DNA of 64,000 bases from Solirubrobacterales bacterium (GTDB lineage Bacteria > Actinomycetota > Thermoleophilia > Solirubrobacterales > Solirubrobacteraceae): contig JBBRYA010000003.1 of assembly GCA_038238015.1 (NCBI GenBank), positions 14,462 through 78,461 of the forward strand, given 5' to 3'. Of the stretch, positions 8,728 to 17,848 are shown piece after piece (position 1 is the first letter of the stretch; each line of letters begins with the position of its first letter). The position numbers and the translations under genes are program-made. Below the pieces are notes generated by a model. It did not search any database. It saw nothing but the letters and a program-made list of their open reading frames with translations, and had not been told where the DNA came from.

Positions 8728-10820
8728 CGCTGTTGCAGTGCCCGCGAGGCCTCGAGGAAGTCAGAGCTCGACTGCGCCGGCTGCGGGTCCAGGAAGTAGG
8801 TCGCGCGGAACGCCGCGACCGCGCCCTCGGGATTGTTGAGCGAGCTGAGCCGGTAGCGCCCGAGCCGTCGCCACGCCTCGGCGTTGGCGGGCTGGAGCTT
8901 GACGGCCTGCTCGAGCGCGTGCAGCGCGCCCTGCTTGTCGCCCTTCGCGTCATCGATGAAAGCCAGCTGCCACAGCGGGTCGACCGACAGCGGGTTGCGC
9001 TTCGCGGCCGTTCGCGAGATCGAGGCGGCCGCGTCGTAGGCGCCGATCTGCGCGCGGTCGATCGCCGCGTCCTCGGCGTGGGCCGAGCGCACGGGTTGCA
9101 GGGCCATCCACGAGCCGACGAGCGCGACGGCGAGGACGGCCAGCGCGCCCGCGGCTCCGGTACGCGGCGGGCGCCACGCGCGCAGGCGCTCGCGCCAGGG
9201 ACCGCGCGCAGGCGGCGCCACGACGACCGCGGCCTCGGTCCGCGCGCGCAGCGGCCCGCGGCCGGCGACCCAGGCCGCGCACAGCAGCGCGACCGCGGCG
9301 TTGCCCGGCACGAACCAGGTCCAGTCGATCAGCGAGTGGACCGTGAACACGAGCACGACCGTGGCCATCGTGAGCATGCCGACCCGCTCGGCGTCGAAGG
9401 CCAGCCCGCGGTCGCGGCGGCGCAGCCCGAGCGTGCGGGCGGCCGCGACCAGCCACGCCAGCGCCGCCAGCAGCGACAGGCCGAGGCCCACGAGCCCGAG
9501 GTCCGACAGCGTCTGCACGACGTACCCGTGGGCGTGGCGCACCGACTGGGTGCTGTAGCGGTAGCGCGTCCGCGCGGTGCCGAACGCGCCCGCCCCGGCG
9601 CCGATCCACTTCGAGTGGCGATAGACGGCGAGCGCCTCGCGCCAGTAGGCGGCGCGGACCGAGGAGGTGGCCGTGAGGCGGTCGGGCGTGTTGGTCGGCG
9701 TCGCCGCCTTGGGATCGGTGAGCCGGTGCCAGCTCGTTGAGACCTGGCCGCTCAGCCCGCCCGGAGCAGTCGCTATCGCCACTACGACGACCACGGGGAT
9801 GATCGCGAGTGCGCCGAGGATGCCGCGCCCGGCGAGGCGCCGCAGGCGCGCGCTCGGCGCACGCCTCGCGGCGAGGAAGTTGACCGCCAGCCCGGCCGTG
9901 ACCAGCAGCGCGGCCATCAGCAGCAACAGCGCTCCCAGCTCGTGACCGGCGTCGCCGCGCGCGCTCAGCGGCACACGGTCCAGGGTCAGCGCGTCGCGCC
10001 GGAACGCCCATGCGACCACGGGCGCCGCGCCCACCAGCGAGCCGACCAGCGCCGTTGCCCCGCGTAGCCGCAGCGGCACGACCGCGAACCAGAAGGCGAG
10101 GCCCACCAGCAGCGCCAGCAGCGCGCCGCGCGAGTAGGAGAGCATCATGCAGACCGCCAGCAGCCCGAGGCCCGGCCAGGCGAGCGCGTTGACCGCCGCG
10201 TCGCCGGAGCGGCGGGCGGCGAGCCACAGCAGTGGCGGCACCCCGAGCGCCGCCATCAGGCCGACGGCGTTCCAGTAGCCGAAGGGCTCGCGCAGGCGCG
10301 CGTAGGTCTCGCCGGGGGCGAGCGCGGCGGGGAAGACCTTGGTCGCCAGCGCCCAGGCACAGACCAGCAAGCAGGCGAGGCCCACGCCGTGCAGCACCGC
10401 CGCCCAGCGCTCGGGAGCCAGGCGGACGAGCGCGAGCGCCCCCGCGAACGCGGCGAGGTAGGCGAGCGTCCGGTTGGCCTCCAGCCACGAGTCCGACGGG
10501 GCGAGCGACCAGACGATCGAGAGCGCGGTGAACACCGCGAGCCCCGCGAGCGCCAGCAGCGTCATCGCGCCGGGGATCTCGCCCCGCACGCGGTCGGTGA
10601 GCAGTACCGCCGCGGTCAGGCCCGCGCCGAGCAGCAGCAGGCCGATCTCCGTCCAGGTCGTGCGCTCGAGCCGCAGCCCGCCGTCGGCCACGAAGGCCAC
10701 CGCCGCGAGCGTGAGCCCGACGGCAATCGTCAGGCCCGCGTCAGCGCGCACCCGGTCGAAGGGCAGCGGGCGCGCCTGGGCGCGCCGGGCGGCGCTAAGC
10801 GGCGCGGCGAGCGAGGACAC
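8724..10820 (-). CDS. O-antigen ligase/polymerase-like (Wzy_C) polytopic membrane protein with C-terminal TPR region (copy 1)
   Basis: At least 10 predicted TM helices with a large loop, then a C-terminal soluble part with TPR-like repeats (...GDKQGALHALEQAVKLQPANAEAWRRLGRYRL...). Confidence 0.8.
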   Translation of the reverse strand: MSSLAAPLSAARRAQARPLPFDRVRADAGLTIAVGLTLAAVAFVADGGLRLERTTWTEIGLLLLGAGLTAAVLLTDRVRGEIPGAMTLLALAGLAVFTALSIVWSLAPSDSWLEANRTLAYLAAFAGALALVRLAPERWAAVLHGVGLACLLVCAWALATKVFPAALAPGETYARLREPFGYWNAVGLMAALGVPPLLWLAARRSGDAAVNALAWPGLGLLAVCMMLSYSRGALLALLVGLAFWFAVVPLRLRGATALVGSLVGAAPVVAWAFRRDALTLDRVPLSARGDAGHELGALLLLMAALLVTAGLAVNFLAARRAPSARLRRLAGRGILGALAIIPVVVVVAIATAPGGLSGQVSTSWHRLTDPKAATPTNTPDRLTATSSVRAAYWREALAVYRHSKWIGAGAGAFGTARTRYRYSTQSVRHAHGYVVQTLSDLGLVGLGLSLLAALAWLVAAARTLGLRRRDRGLAFDAERVGMLTMATVVLVFTVHSLIDWTWFVPGNAAVALLCAAWVAGRGPLRARTEAAVVVAPPARGPWRERLRAWRPPRTGAAGALAVLAVALVGSWMALQPVRSAHAEDAAIDRAQIGAYDAAASISRTAAKRNPLSVDPLWQLAFIDDAKGDKQGALHALEQAVKLQPANAEAWRRLGRYRLSSLNNPEGAVAAFRATYFLDPQPAQSSSDFLEASRALQQR

Positions 10821-11382
10821 GTCGGCGCACCATCGGGGCTCCGGCCGCCGCGGCGCACAGGGCGACCAGCACGAGCACGATCAGCACGGTGGTCGGCAGC
10901 CCGTTGCGCGCGGCGCTCGCCGCGAAGCCCGACGCGCCGGGCACGATGCGCTCGTTGCCGAGGGAGATCGCGCCCCCACCCTTGCGCGCCTTGGCGAGCG
11001 CCTTCTCCTCGGCCTTGCCGGCCGGGTAGAGCACCGGGCCGCTGCCGGTGGAGACGCCGCCGGGCGCGTTCGCCGCGCCACCACCACCACCACCGCCGCC
11101 GCTCACGCCGCCACCGCCTGCGAGCCCGCCGCCGCCAGATCCGCCGGAGCGGCCGGAGAGAGACGCGCGTGCGAGCACGTCGCGGCAGTCGGAGTACTCG
11201 TCGACGTCGGTCGGGATGTTCTTTCGCGCGTCTTGCAGCTGGCCGGGCGTGTAGCGCCCGGTGATCGCGCCCGACTGGCACTCGCGCAGGATGTTCTCGC
11301 GCGTCCCGGCGCTGGCCGTCGGCGCGGCCAGCAGCAGGATCAGCGCGCTGAGGCTCAGCAGCCGAACCATGTGCGCGTTCAC
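10795..11382 (-). CDS. secreted Gly-rich protein with C-terminal membrane anchor (copy 1)
   Basis: Signal peptide LLSLSALILLLAAPTASA, then a poly-Gly/Ser tract, then NERIVPGASG, a TM helix (TTVLIVLVLVALCAAAAGA) and a basic tail. GTGA overlap with the upstream GT4 gene and a 26-nt overlap with the downstream Wzy-like gene. Confidence 0.6.
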   Translation of the reverse strand: MNAHMVRLLSLSALILLLAAPTASAGTRENILRECQSGAITGRYTPGQLQDARKNIPTDVDEYSDCRDVLARASLSGRSGGSGGGGLAGGGGVSGGGGGGGGAANAPGGVSTGSGPVLYPAGKAEEKALAKARKGGGAISLGNERIVPGASGFAASAARNGLPTTVLIVLVLVALCAAAAGAPMVRRRVLARRAA

Positions 11383-12470
11383 GCTAGCAACCGGTCGCCG
11401 GGCTGCTGGGAGGATCCGACCGCCGCAAGCGCGCGCGAGAAGCCGGCCGCCCAGGCCGCGTGGGAGAAGGGCCGGACGGCTTCGCGAGCGGCGGCGCCGA
11501 GGCGCTCGCGGAGCTCGCGGTCGCCCTCCAGGCGCACCAGCGCGGCGGCCAGCGCCCCGGCGTCGCCCGCGGGCACGACGAGGCCGGTCTCCTCATGACG
11601 GACGAGCCCGCCGGCGACGGCGCCGACGGCATCGGTGGCGATCACGGGCACTCCCTGGTCGAAGGCTTCGTTGACGACGAGCCCCCACGGCTCCAGGAAG
11701 TCGCGCGTGGGGACCGACGGTAGGACGACAACGTCGCTGCCCGCGTAGAAGTTGCGCACTTCTCCGGCGCTGCGGGGCCCTTCGGCCAGCACCGCGCTGG
11801 TGGCGACGGCCCGGGCTCGGATCGGACCGTCGCCGACCAGTGCCAGCGCGGCGGTTGGTGCTGAGAGGCCCGAAAGACTCCAGGCTTCAAGTAGCACCTT
11901 GATTCCCTTCTCCCCGGTTAATCGGCCGACAAACATCGCCTGAAACGGCGCGCGGCGCAGCGGCGTCGCCGGAGCCGACCAGAACGCGTCGTCGACCGAC
12001 TGCGGGGCCTCGACCACCGTCTGGTGCGCGCCCTTGGCCCGCACGTAGCCGGACACGTGGCTCCCGTAGGTGACGATCGCGTCCGCGCGGCGGTAGAGGT
12101 GGCGCAGCGGCAGGTAGGAGAGCGCGTGCGCCGGCGTGCGCGGATGCGCCCAGATCGTCGCCCACAGCACGAACGGCACGCCGGCGCGGCGGGCGCCCAG
12201 GTAGGCGGCGGGCAGCGCGACGCGGCCCGAGAGCCCGGCGACGACCGCACGGAAGCGCCCCGACGCGGCCAGGCGGGCGATCGCCCGCTGGTCGGGCTGC
12301 AGCACCGGGAAGCCGGCCGGCTCGCCGCCACTCCCACCACCGTGGCGCAGCTCGCCGCCCACGAGCGCGAAGACCACGTTCTCGTGCTCGTGCAGCGCCC
12401 GGAACGCGCCGGCGCGCGCCGGCGGGGCGTGGTTGGTCACGAACAGGACCGGCCGCGGGTCCGCGCTCAC
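11379..12470 (-). CDS. glycosyltransferase family 4
   Basis: GT-B architecture with C-terminal LPSVPTRDFLEPWGLVVNEAFDQGVPVIATD. 4-nt overlaps with both neighbours. Confidence 0.85.
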   Translation of the reverse strand: MSADPRPVLFVTNHAPPARAGAFRALHEHENVVFALVGGELRHGGGSGGEPAGFPVLQPDQRAIARLAASGRFRAVVAGLSGRVALPAAYLGARRAGVPFVLWATIWAHPRTPAHALSYLPLRHLYRRADAIVTYGSHVSGYVRAKGAHQTVVEAPQSVDDAFWSAPATPLRRAPFQAMFVGRLTGEKGIKVLLEAWSLSGLSAPTAALALVGDGPIRARAVATSAVLAEGPRSAGEVRNFYAGSDVVVLPSVPTRDFLEPWGLVVNEAFDQGVPVIATDAVGAVAGGLVRHEETGLVVPAGDAGALAAALVRLEGDRELRERLGAAAREAVRPFSHAAWAAGFSRALAAVGSSQQPGDRLLA

Positions 12471-13636
12471 CGCAGCGCCTCCTCGTACGCGGCGACGGTC
12501 GCGGCGCCGCAGGCCTCCCAGGTGAAGGACGCCTGCACGGTGGCCCGAGCGGCGGCGCCGAGCTCGCGCCGCCAGGCGGGCTCCTCGACCAGGCCGCGCA
12601 GCTCGGCCGCGAGCGCCTCGGGGTCGCCGGGCGCCACGAGGCGCATCCCGCCGCCGGTCGCCGCGATCTCCTCCGGCCCCGGCTCCCCGCGGCTGCCGAC
12701 CGCCGGGAGGCCGGCGGCCATCGCCTCGACGTAGGCCACCCCGAAGGCCTCGTCGATGCTCGGCAGCACGAACACCTCGCCCTCACGCGTCGCCGCCAGC
12801 GCCTCGGCGTGGGGGAGCTGCCCGAGGAAGCGCACCTGGTGCTCGAGCCCCAGCTCACGCGCCTGGCGCTCGAGCGCCGGGCGCTCCGGGCCGTCGCCGA
12901 CCACGGTCCAGACCAGCCCGGGGTGCGAGTCGCGCAGCAGCCACAGCGCGCGCAGCACGTCCGCATGGCGCTTGCGCGCGACCAGGTGCGCGAGCGTGGT
13001 CAGCGCTGGTCCGGCGCCATCGTGCGCGGTGCGCGCGGGGACGTCGGTCCCGAGGTGCACGACCCGCGTCGCCCGGGCGCCCAGCTGCACGCAGCGGCGC
13101 TCGATCGCGCGCGAGTTGGCGAGCACCAGCCGCGCCGCGCCGAGCCCGGCGGCGACGGCGCGCCGCCCGGCCGGCGAGGCGGACGCGAGCGAGAGCACGT
13201 CGCCGCCGTGCACCGAGACCACCAGCGGGCGCCCGATCCGCGCCCGCCGCACCGCGTCCCCCGCCGGCGCGGCGTAGTGGGCATGGACGAGGTCGAACGG
13301 GAACTCACGCGCCAGCCGGCGCAGCGCGAGCGCCAGCGACGGCGCCGCCCACGCGCCCCAGGAGGCGTAGCTGCGCGGCCGCGGTGGGGCGAGGAACGGG
13401 ACGTAGCGGACGCGGATCCCGTCGAGCTCGGCGCTCAGCGGCTGGCGCAGCGGAGCCAGCAGCGCCCGCGGCGAGCGGCTGCGCAGCGCCGCCCGCGGCG
13501 GGATCGGCCGGTGCAGCACGAGCACCTCCACCTCGGCGCCCGCGTCACGCGCGGCGAGCGCCTGGCGGTGCGCCCACACACCGAAGACCGGGTCCTCGGC
13601 CCGCGGGTAGTACTCCGCGACGACGGCGACGCGCAT
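12467..13636 (-). CDS. glycosyltransferase family 4
   Basis: MRVAVVAEYYP... N-terminus and C-terminal [24 protein letters not shown]. Confidence 0.85.
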   Translation of the reverse strand: MRVAVVAEYYPRAEDPVFGVWAHRQALAARDAGAEVEVLVLHRPIPPRAALRSRSPRALLAPLRQPLSAELDGIRVRYVPFLAPPRPRSYASWGAWAAPSLALALRRLAREFPFDLVHAHYAAPAGDAVRRARIGRPLVVSVHGGDVLSLASASPAGRRAVAAGLGAARLVLANSRAIERRCVQLGARATRVVHLGTDVPARTAHDGAGPALTTLAHLVARKRHADVLRALWLLRDSHPGLVWTVVGDGPERPALERQARELGLEHQVRFLGQLPHAEALAATREGEVFVLPSIDEAFGVAYVEAMAAGLPAVGSRGEPGPEEIAATGGGMRLVAPGDPEALAAELRGLVEEPAWRRELGAAARATVQASFTWEACGAATVAAYEEALR

Positions 13637-13643
13637 CAGCCGG

Positions 13644-13970
13644 TCACGAGAGCGACAGCGTGTAGCGGAGGGCGCTGTTCACCTCGACCAGCCGCTGTGG
13701 CGGGATCGTCCCCAGGTGCTGCACGAGCGCGCTGCGGTCAGGGAGCGTGAAGAGGTCGTGGCAGATCACCCAGGAGGAATGCGGCAACTCTTCGAGATCT
13801 CCTGGCCGTAGGGCGACCGCGGTCGGTATCGATCGCTCTCGGTCGACGCTCGTGATCCGAGCGACGACCGGTCGCAGACTCAGCGTCACAACCCGCCGGG
13901 AGACAACGAGAGCGGGCTTCAGACCGACTCCGGGCAGGCGAGCCAGCCACGCATCCCCGCGCTCATACAT
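13644..13970 (-). CDS. mazF: PemK/MazF-family type II toxin
   Basis: 108 aa. The RGD.W...LP.....KPALVVS...........V..ITS pattern is typical of MazF/PemK. It lies 8 nt downstream of a small upstream partner ORF. Confidence 0.75.
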   Translation of the reverse strand: MYERGDAWLARLPGVGLKPALVVSRRVVTLSLRPVVARITSVDRERSIPTAVALRPGDLEELPHSSWVICHDLFTLPDRSALVQHLGTIPPQRLVEVNSALRYTLSLS

Positions 13971-13978
13971 GTCCGCGC

Positions 13979-14326
13979 CTACTCGGAGTGCTGGGCCGCA
14001 GAGCCATCGAGGAACGCCGCCCGCTCCTCGTGGCCAGTCACGTCGGCACGGTCGAAGTCAGCCAGCGCCGGGGCGATCTGCTCGTCCGCGACGGCGTCCT
14101 CGACCGCGGTCACGAAGGCATCCACGACGGAGCGGATGAACGTTCCGTGACTCGCATCCTCGTTCTCCCGGAACCGACCGAGCAACGCGACCTCGAGCTC
14201 ACGACTGATGTGACGGCCGAGCTCTGGATCCTGTGACAGTCGCGCATAGTCGCGCTGGGCCGCTGATAGACGCTCGCCGAGGCTGCTCGGAGCGCGGAAG
14301 GAGTACGTACGGTCGGCAACGGCCAC
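13979..14326 (-). CDS. putative cognate antitoxin of the MazF-like toxin (family not recognised)
   Basis: About 115 aa from an in-frame GTG at 14326, with an acidic C-terminal half and antitoxin-first gene order. The upstream part of the long ORF (to 14599) overlaps the GT2 gene and is rejected. Confidence 0.45.
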   Translation of the reverse strand: MAVADRTYSFRAPSSLGERLSAAQRDYARLSQDPELGRHISRELEVALLGRFRENEDASHGTFIRSVVDAFVTAVEDAVADEQIAPALADFDRADVTGHEERAAFLDGSAAQHSE

Positions 14327-14354
14327 TGCCGCAGTGTAGACGATTCGTCTACGG

Positions 14355-16004
14355 CTACTCCCGATGCTCGGCGAGCACCTGCCCCGCCTGCTCGCGCGTG
14401 ACGTAGGGCTGGCCGGCCAGGAACGCCTCCGCCTCGGCCATCGCCTCCGCCCGCGGGTAGGTCGCCGCCACCGGACGCAGGTGGCGCACCGGCGTCGCGT
14501 CGACGATCCCGACCGGCCAGCCATTGCGCTCGGCGACCGCGCCCCAGTAGGCGTCGAGCCCCCAGCCCATCTGCAGGTCCGGGAACGGCAGCAGCACATG
14601 GAAGGCGTCGGCGCGGATCGCCGTCACCGGGCCGATCTCCACGAAGCGCGTGCGCCGCGCGAGCAGGTCCGGCCGGCGCCGCGTGACCTCCCAGGCGGCG
14701 TGCGACGCGAAGGCGTGCGCGGGCTGGGCGAGGCGGAAGTGGTAGCGCTCGGCGAGCGCGATGAAGGCGTCGAGGAAGCCGCGCGGGAGCACGACGTCGT
14801 CGTCGACCACGAGCAGCCAGTCAAAGCCCCGCGGGACGTCATGGCCGAGCGCGCGGTTGAGGTTCGCCCACTTGCCCGCCCCCGGGCGCGGCGGCAGGGT
14901 GCTGAGGACGACCTCGTGGTGGGAGGCCTCGAGCTCCGCGGCCGTCTTGGCGGCGCGCTTAGCGTTCTCCGGCCGGACGACCGAGGCGACCAGTACCCGG
15001 CGCTTCGGCGTCTCGCTCGCCCAGCGCGCCAGCCCGTGGCGGAGCCGGAACGCGGTCAGGTTCGCGCGCGCATCGCGCACCGTGCCGGCCAGCAGGTCGC
15101 GGCGCCCGAGCGTGCCCGAGCGCCCGCTCAGGTAGTCGGGGTCCGTCGCGCTCGGCGGCACCGGCTTGGGGCGCAGCGCCTCGCGCAGGCGCCCGGCGGT
15201 CAGTGCGGTGAGCACGATCCCGTTCCCGCATCTGTAGCGGCCCGTGTGCCAGACGCAGCCGGCCAGCGTCCGCAGCTCCCCAGCGACCGTCGGCGTGATG
15301 CCCTTGCGCGCGTCGTAGCGGCGCGAGTGGCGCCCGCGGCGGTAAGCGGCGCGCGAGAGCCCGCGCAGCTTCGCGTCCGCGCCCGCGCGCCGGTGCTCGA
15401 CCCCGGCCTCGGCGACGTAGCGAATGCGCCCGCCGGCCGCGCGCAGGCGGCGCTGCCAGTCCTCCTCGTCGCCATAGAGGTCGAGCGTGGGGTCAAAGCG
15501 CCCGGCGAGCTCGAGCGCCGAGCGCCGCAGGGCCATGTTCGCGCCCCACACGAAGTCCGCGTCGACGTCGCGGGCTCCGAGGTCGAGCGTGGTCACCGGC
15601 GGAGGCTCGCGCCCGCACGGATGCAGGTTGGTCCCCTCCAGCCGCGCGCGGATCGGGCCGCCGAGCACGTCGTGCTCCGGCGCCGCGCCGGCGCCCAGCA
15701 GCAGCGCGCCCAGCCAGCCCGGCCACGCCTCGACGTCGTCGTCGAGGAAGCACAGGAGCGCGCCGCTCGCGGCGTCGATCGCGGCGTTGCGCGCGGCGTT
15801 GAGCCCGCGCGTCTCGCCCAGCGCGAGGTAGCGCGCCCCGTGGGCGGAGGCCAGCGCCTCGGTCTCCGCGTCGGCGGGGTCGTCCTCGATCACGATCAGC
15901 TCGGCGCCGTGCTCCGAGGCCTGGGCGGCGACTGAGGCGAGCGCGACCGCGAGGTAGTCGCGGCGGCGGTGGGTAGGGATGAGGATGGAGGCGGCGGGCG
16001 GCAT
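14355..16004 (-). CDS. two-domain glycosyltransferase family 2 (GT-A)
   Basis: The N-terminal domain has SILIPTHRR...LIVIEDDP...FLDDDV (DxD). A second GT-A-like domain has LLVVDDDVVLPRGF. The ATG overlaps the vapC stop by 1 nt. Confidence 0.85.
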   Translation of the reverse strand: MPPAASILIPTHRRRDYLAVALASVAAQASEHGAELIVIEDDPADAETEALASAHGARYLALGETRGLNAARNAAIDAASGALLCFLDDDVEAWPGWLGALLLGAGAAPEHDVLGGPIRARLEGTNLHPCGREPPPVTTLDLGARDVDADFVWGANMALRRSALELAGRFDPTLDLYGDEEDWQRRLRAAGGRIRYVAEAGVEHRRAGADAKLRGLSRAAYRRGRHSRRYDARKGITPTVAGELRTLAGCVWHTGRYRCGNGIVLTALTAGRLREALRPKPVPPSATDPDYLSGRSGTLGRRDLLAGTVRDARANLTAFRLRHGLARWASETPKRRVLVASVVRPENAKRAAKTAAELEASHHEVVLSTLPPRPGAGKWANLNRALGHDVPRGFDWLLVVDDDVVLPRGFLDAFIALAERYHFRLAQPAHAFASHAAWEVTRRRPDLLARRTRFVEIGPVTAIRADAFHVLLPFPDLQMGWGLDAYWGAVAERNGWPVGIVDATPVRHLRPVAATYPRAEAMAEAEAFLAGQPYVTREQAGQVLAEHRE

Positions 16005-16402
16005 CAGGCGACCACGCGCAGCGGCGTGTGGCGCGCGATCGCGTCGAAGTCGCCGTCACGGTGCAGCAGCTCGGCCCCGGCCCTGATGGCCACGACGGCG
16101 ATCAGGCAGTCCGCCAACGCCCGGATCGTCTCGCCGCCACGACGGCAAAGGCGGAAGAGCTCCGCCGCGCGCTCGTAGTCGGCCGCGCCCTCGAGCGGGA
16201 TGAGGGTGCAACGGCCGTACAGCAGGCGTCGCAGCTCGTCTCGCTCCTGGTCGCTGCGGGCGCCCGCCAGCATCTCCATGAGAACGACCTCCGTGGTGGC
16301 GAGATCCGCCCCGCGGTCGAGCAGCCCTTCCAGCTTGGAGTCCTGGTCGCTGCCGGTGGCGCGCAGCAGCTCGATCCACGCCGAGCTGTCAACGAGGATC
16401 AC
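16004..16402 (-). CDS. vapC: PIN-domain ribonuclease toxin VapC
   Basis: [11 protein letters not shown]...TEVVLMEM...DCLIAVVAI...LLHRDGDFD carries the conserved acidic PIN residues. The GTG start overlaps the vapB stop (GTGA). Confidence 0.85.
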   Translation of the reverse strand: MILVDSSAWIELLRATGSDQDSKLEGLLDRGADLATTEVVLMEMLAGARSDQERDELRRLLYGRCTLIPLEGAADYERAAELFRLCRRGGETIRALADCLIAVVAIRAGAELLHRDGDFDAIARHTPLRVVA

Positions 16403-16644
16403 GACCGCGATTCGGCGTCGCGCGCACCCCACTCGGCGATGTTGTCCGGGGAGCGGAGATCGGCGAGCTCGAGGTCTCCACCCCATCCGCGACCGCGCAT
16501 CGCGAGCGCCTCCTCGCGGCCCATCGGCTCACCGACGAGCCGTCGCAGGGCATAGTCGACGGCCTCGCGCTTGCTCGGCAGCCGGTAGATGCGCATCGCG
16601 CGTTCGATCAGCACCTCGTCGATGTCGATGTTCGTGCGGGCCAT
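16399..16644 (-). CDS. vapB: VapB-family antitoxin
   Basis: [36 protein letters not shown] is a typical VapB N-terminus. Only the last 81 codons of the 542-aa ORF-track entry are credible. Confidence 0.85.
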   Translation of the reverse strand: MARTNIDIDEVLIERAMRIYRLPSKREAVDYALRRLVGEPMGREEALAMRGRGWGGDLELADLRSPDNIAEWGARDAESRS

Positions 16645-16683
16645 CGACACCAGGCTACACCACGATGTGTAAGGCTCGGGCCC

Positions 16684-17793
16684 GTGATCCTGCTCCTGCA
16701 CAATCGCTACCGCGTGCCCGGAGGCGAGGAGCGCGCGGTCGAGGACCTCGCGTGGCTGATCCGCGAGCACCTCGGCGAGGAGGTCGAGGTCTTCGAGCGC
16801 GACTCGGCCCAGCTCAGCTCCGCCGGCGCCGCCTCGGGGCTGATGCGCGGCGGCCTGGCGCCGGAGGAGGTGGGCGCCGCGGTGCGCCGGACCGGCGCGC
16901 GCGTCGTGCACGCCCACAACCTCCAGCCCTCGCTGGGCTGGCGAGCGCTCGCCGCCGCCCGCGAGGCCGGCGCGCGCACCGTCGTGCATCTGCATAACTA
17001 CCGCCTGGTCTGCGCGGTCGGCACCTGCTTCACCCAGGGCGAGGACTGCACGCGCTGCCATGCACGCAACACGCTCCCGGGCGTGCGCCTGAACTGCCGC
17101 GGCGGCTCGCGCGCCGAGTCGGCCGCCTACGGCGCCGGGATCGCGCTGTGGCAGCGGCGGATCGCCGAGCACGCCGACGCCTTCGTCGTGCCGAGCGCCT
17201 TCGCCCTCGGCCGCCTGCGCGAGCTCGGCGCCCCGCTCGGCGCCCGCGCCCGCGTGATCGGCTCCGTGCAGCGCGAGTTCGCGGAGCGCTCGAGGGCGAG
17301 CGAGGGCCGCCACGCGCTCGTCGTCTCCCGGCTCACGCCCGAGAAGGGCGTCGCCGACGCGATCCGCGCCTGCCGCGAGGCGGGCCGCCCGCTGGTCGTC
17401 GCCGGCGACGGCCCGCAGGCGGCTGAGCTGCGCGAGCTGGCGGCCGGCGCCGACGTGACCTTCACCGGCCGGGTCGGGGGCGAGCAGCTCGAAGCGCTGC
17501 GCCGCGACGCCGCCGTCGCGATCGTGCCGTCGCGCTACGAGGAGATCCTGCCGCTCGCGGCGCTCGAGGCGATGGCGGCGGGTCTGCCGGTCGTCGCGGC
17601 GCGGGCTGGCGGGCTGGCGGAGCTGGTACCGCAGGAGGGGCAGTACGCCCCAGCGGAGGCGGAGGCGATGGTCGCTCGAGTACGAGCGCTCTGGCGCGAC
17701 GCCGGCGCCGGCGAGCGTGCGCTCAACGTCGCGCGTCAGCGGTCTGCGCCCGACGTGATCGCCGCCAAGCTCACCGACGTCTACCGGCTGTAA
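16684..17793 (+). CDS. glycosyltransferase family 4
   Basis: [16 protein letters not shown]-terminus and C-terminal [25 protein letters not shown]. Divergent from vapBC. Confidence 0.85.
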   Translation: MILLLHNRYRVPGGEERAVEDLAWLIREHLGEEVEVFERDSAQLSSAGAASGLMRGGLAPEEVGAAVRRTGARVVHAHNLQPSLGWRALAAAREAGARTVVHLHNYRLVCAVGTCFTQGEDCTRCHARNTLPGVRLNCRGGSRAESAAYGAGIALWQRRIAEHADAFVVPSAFALGRLRELGAPLGARARVIGSVQREFAERSRASEGRHALVVSRLTPEKGVADAIRACREAGRPLVVAGDGPQAAELRELAAGADVTFTGRVGGEQLEALRRDAAVAIVPSRYEEILPLAALEAMAAGLPVVAARAGGLAELVPQEGQYAPAEAEAMVARVRALWRDAGAGERALNVARQRSAPDVIAAKLTDVYRL

Positions 17794-17800
17794 TACGCGA

Positions 17801-17826
17801 GAGAGGGGCGCCTCGGCGCCCCTCTC
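17801..17826. terminator. perfect GC-rich hairpin between convergent genes (bidirectional terminator candidate)
   Basis: GAGAGGGGCGCC-tc-GGCGCCCCTCTC forms a stem of about 11-12 bp, between the GT4 stop (17793) and the RTX-like gene stop (17849). Confidence 0.65.
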
Positions 17827-17848
17827 AACCAGCGACTTGCTCGAGGGG

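Noticed and set aside
11040-11160. caccaccaccaccaccgccgcc / GC-rich simple-sequence tract.
   Set aside because: This is the coding sequence of the poly-Gly tract of the anchored protein on the minus strand. It is not an independent microsatellite or regulatory repeat. The ggcgac repeats at about 56840 similarly encode GDGDGDG in a GT4 linker.
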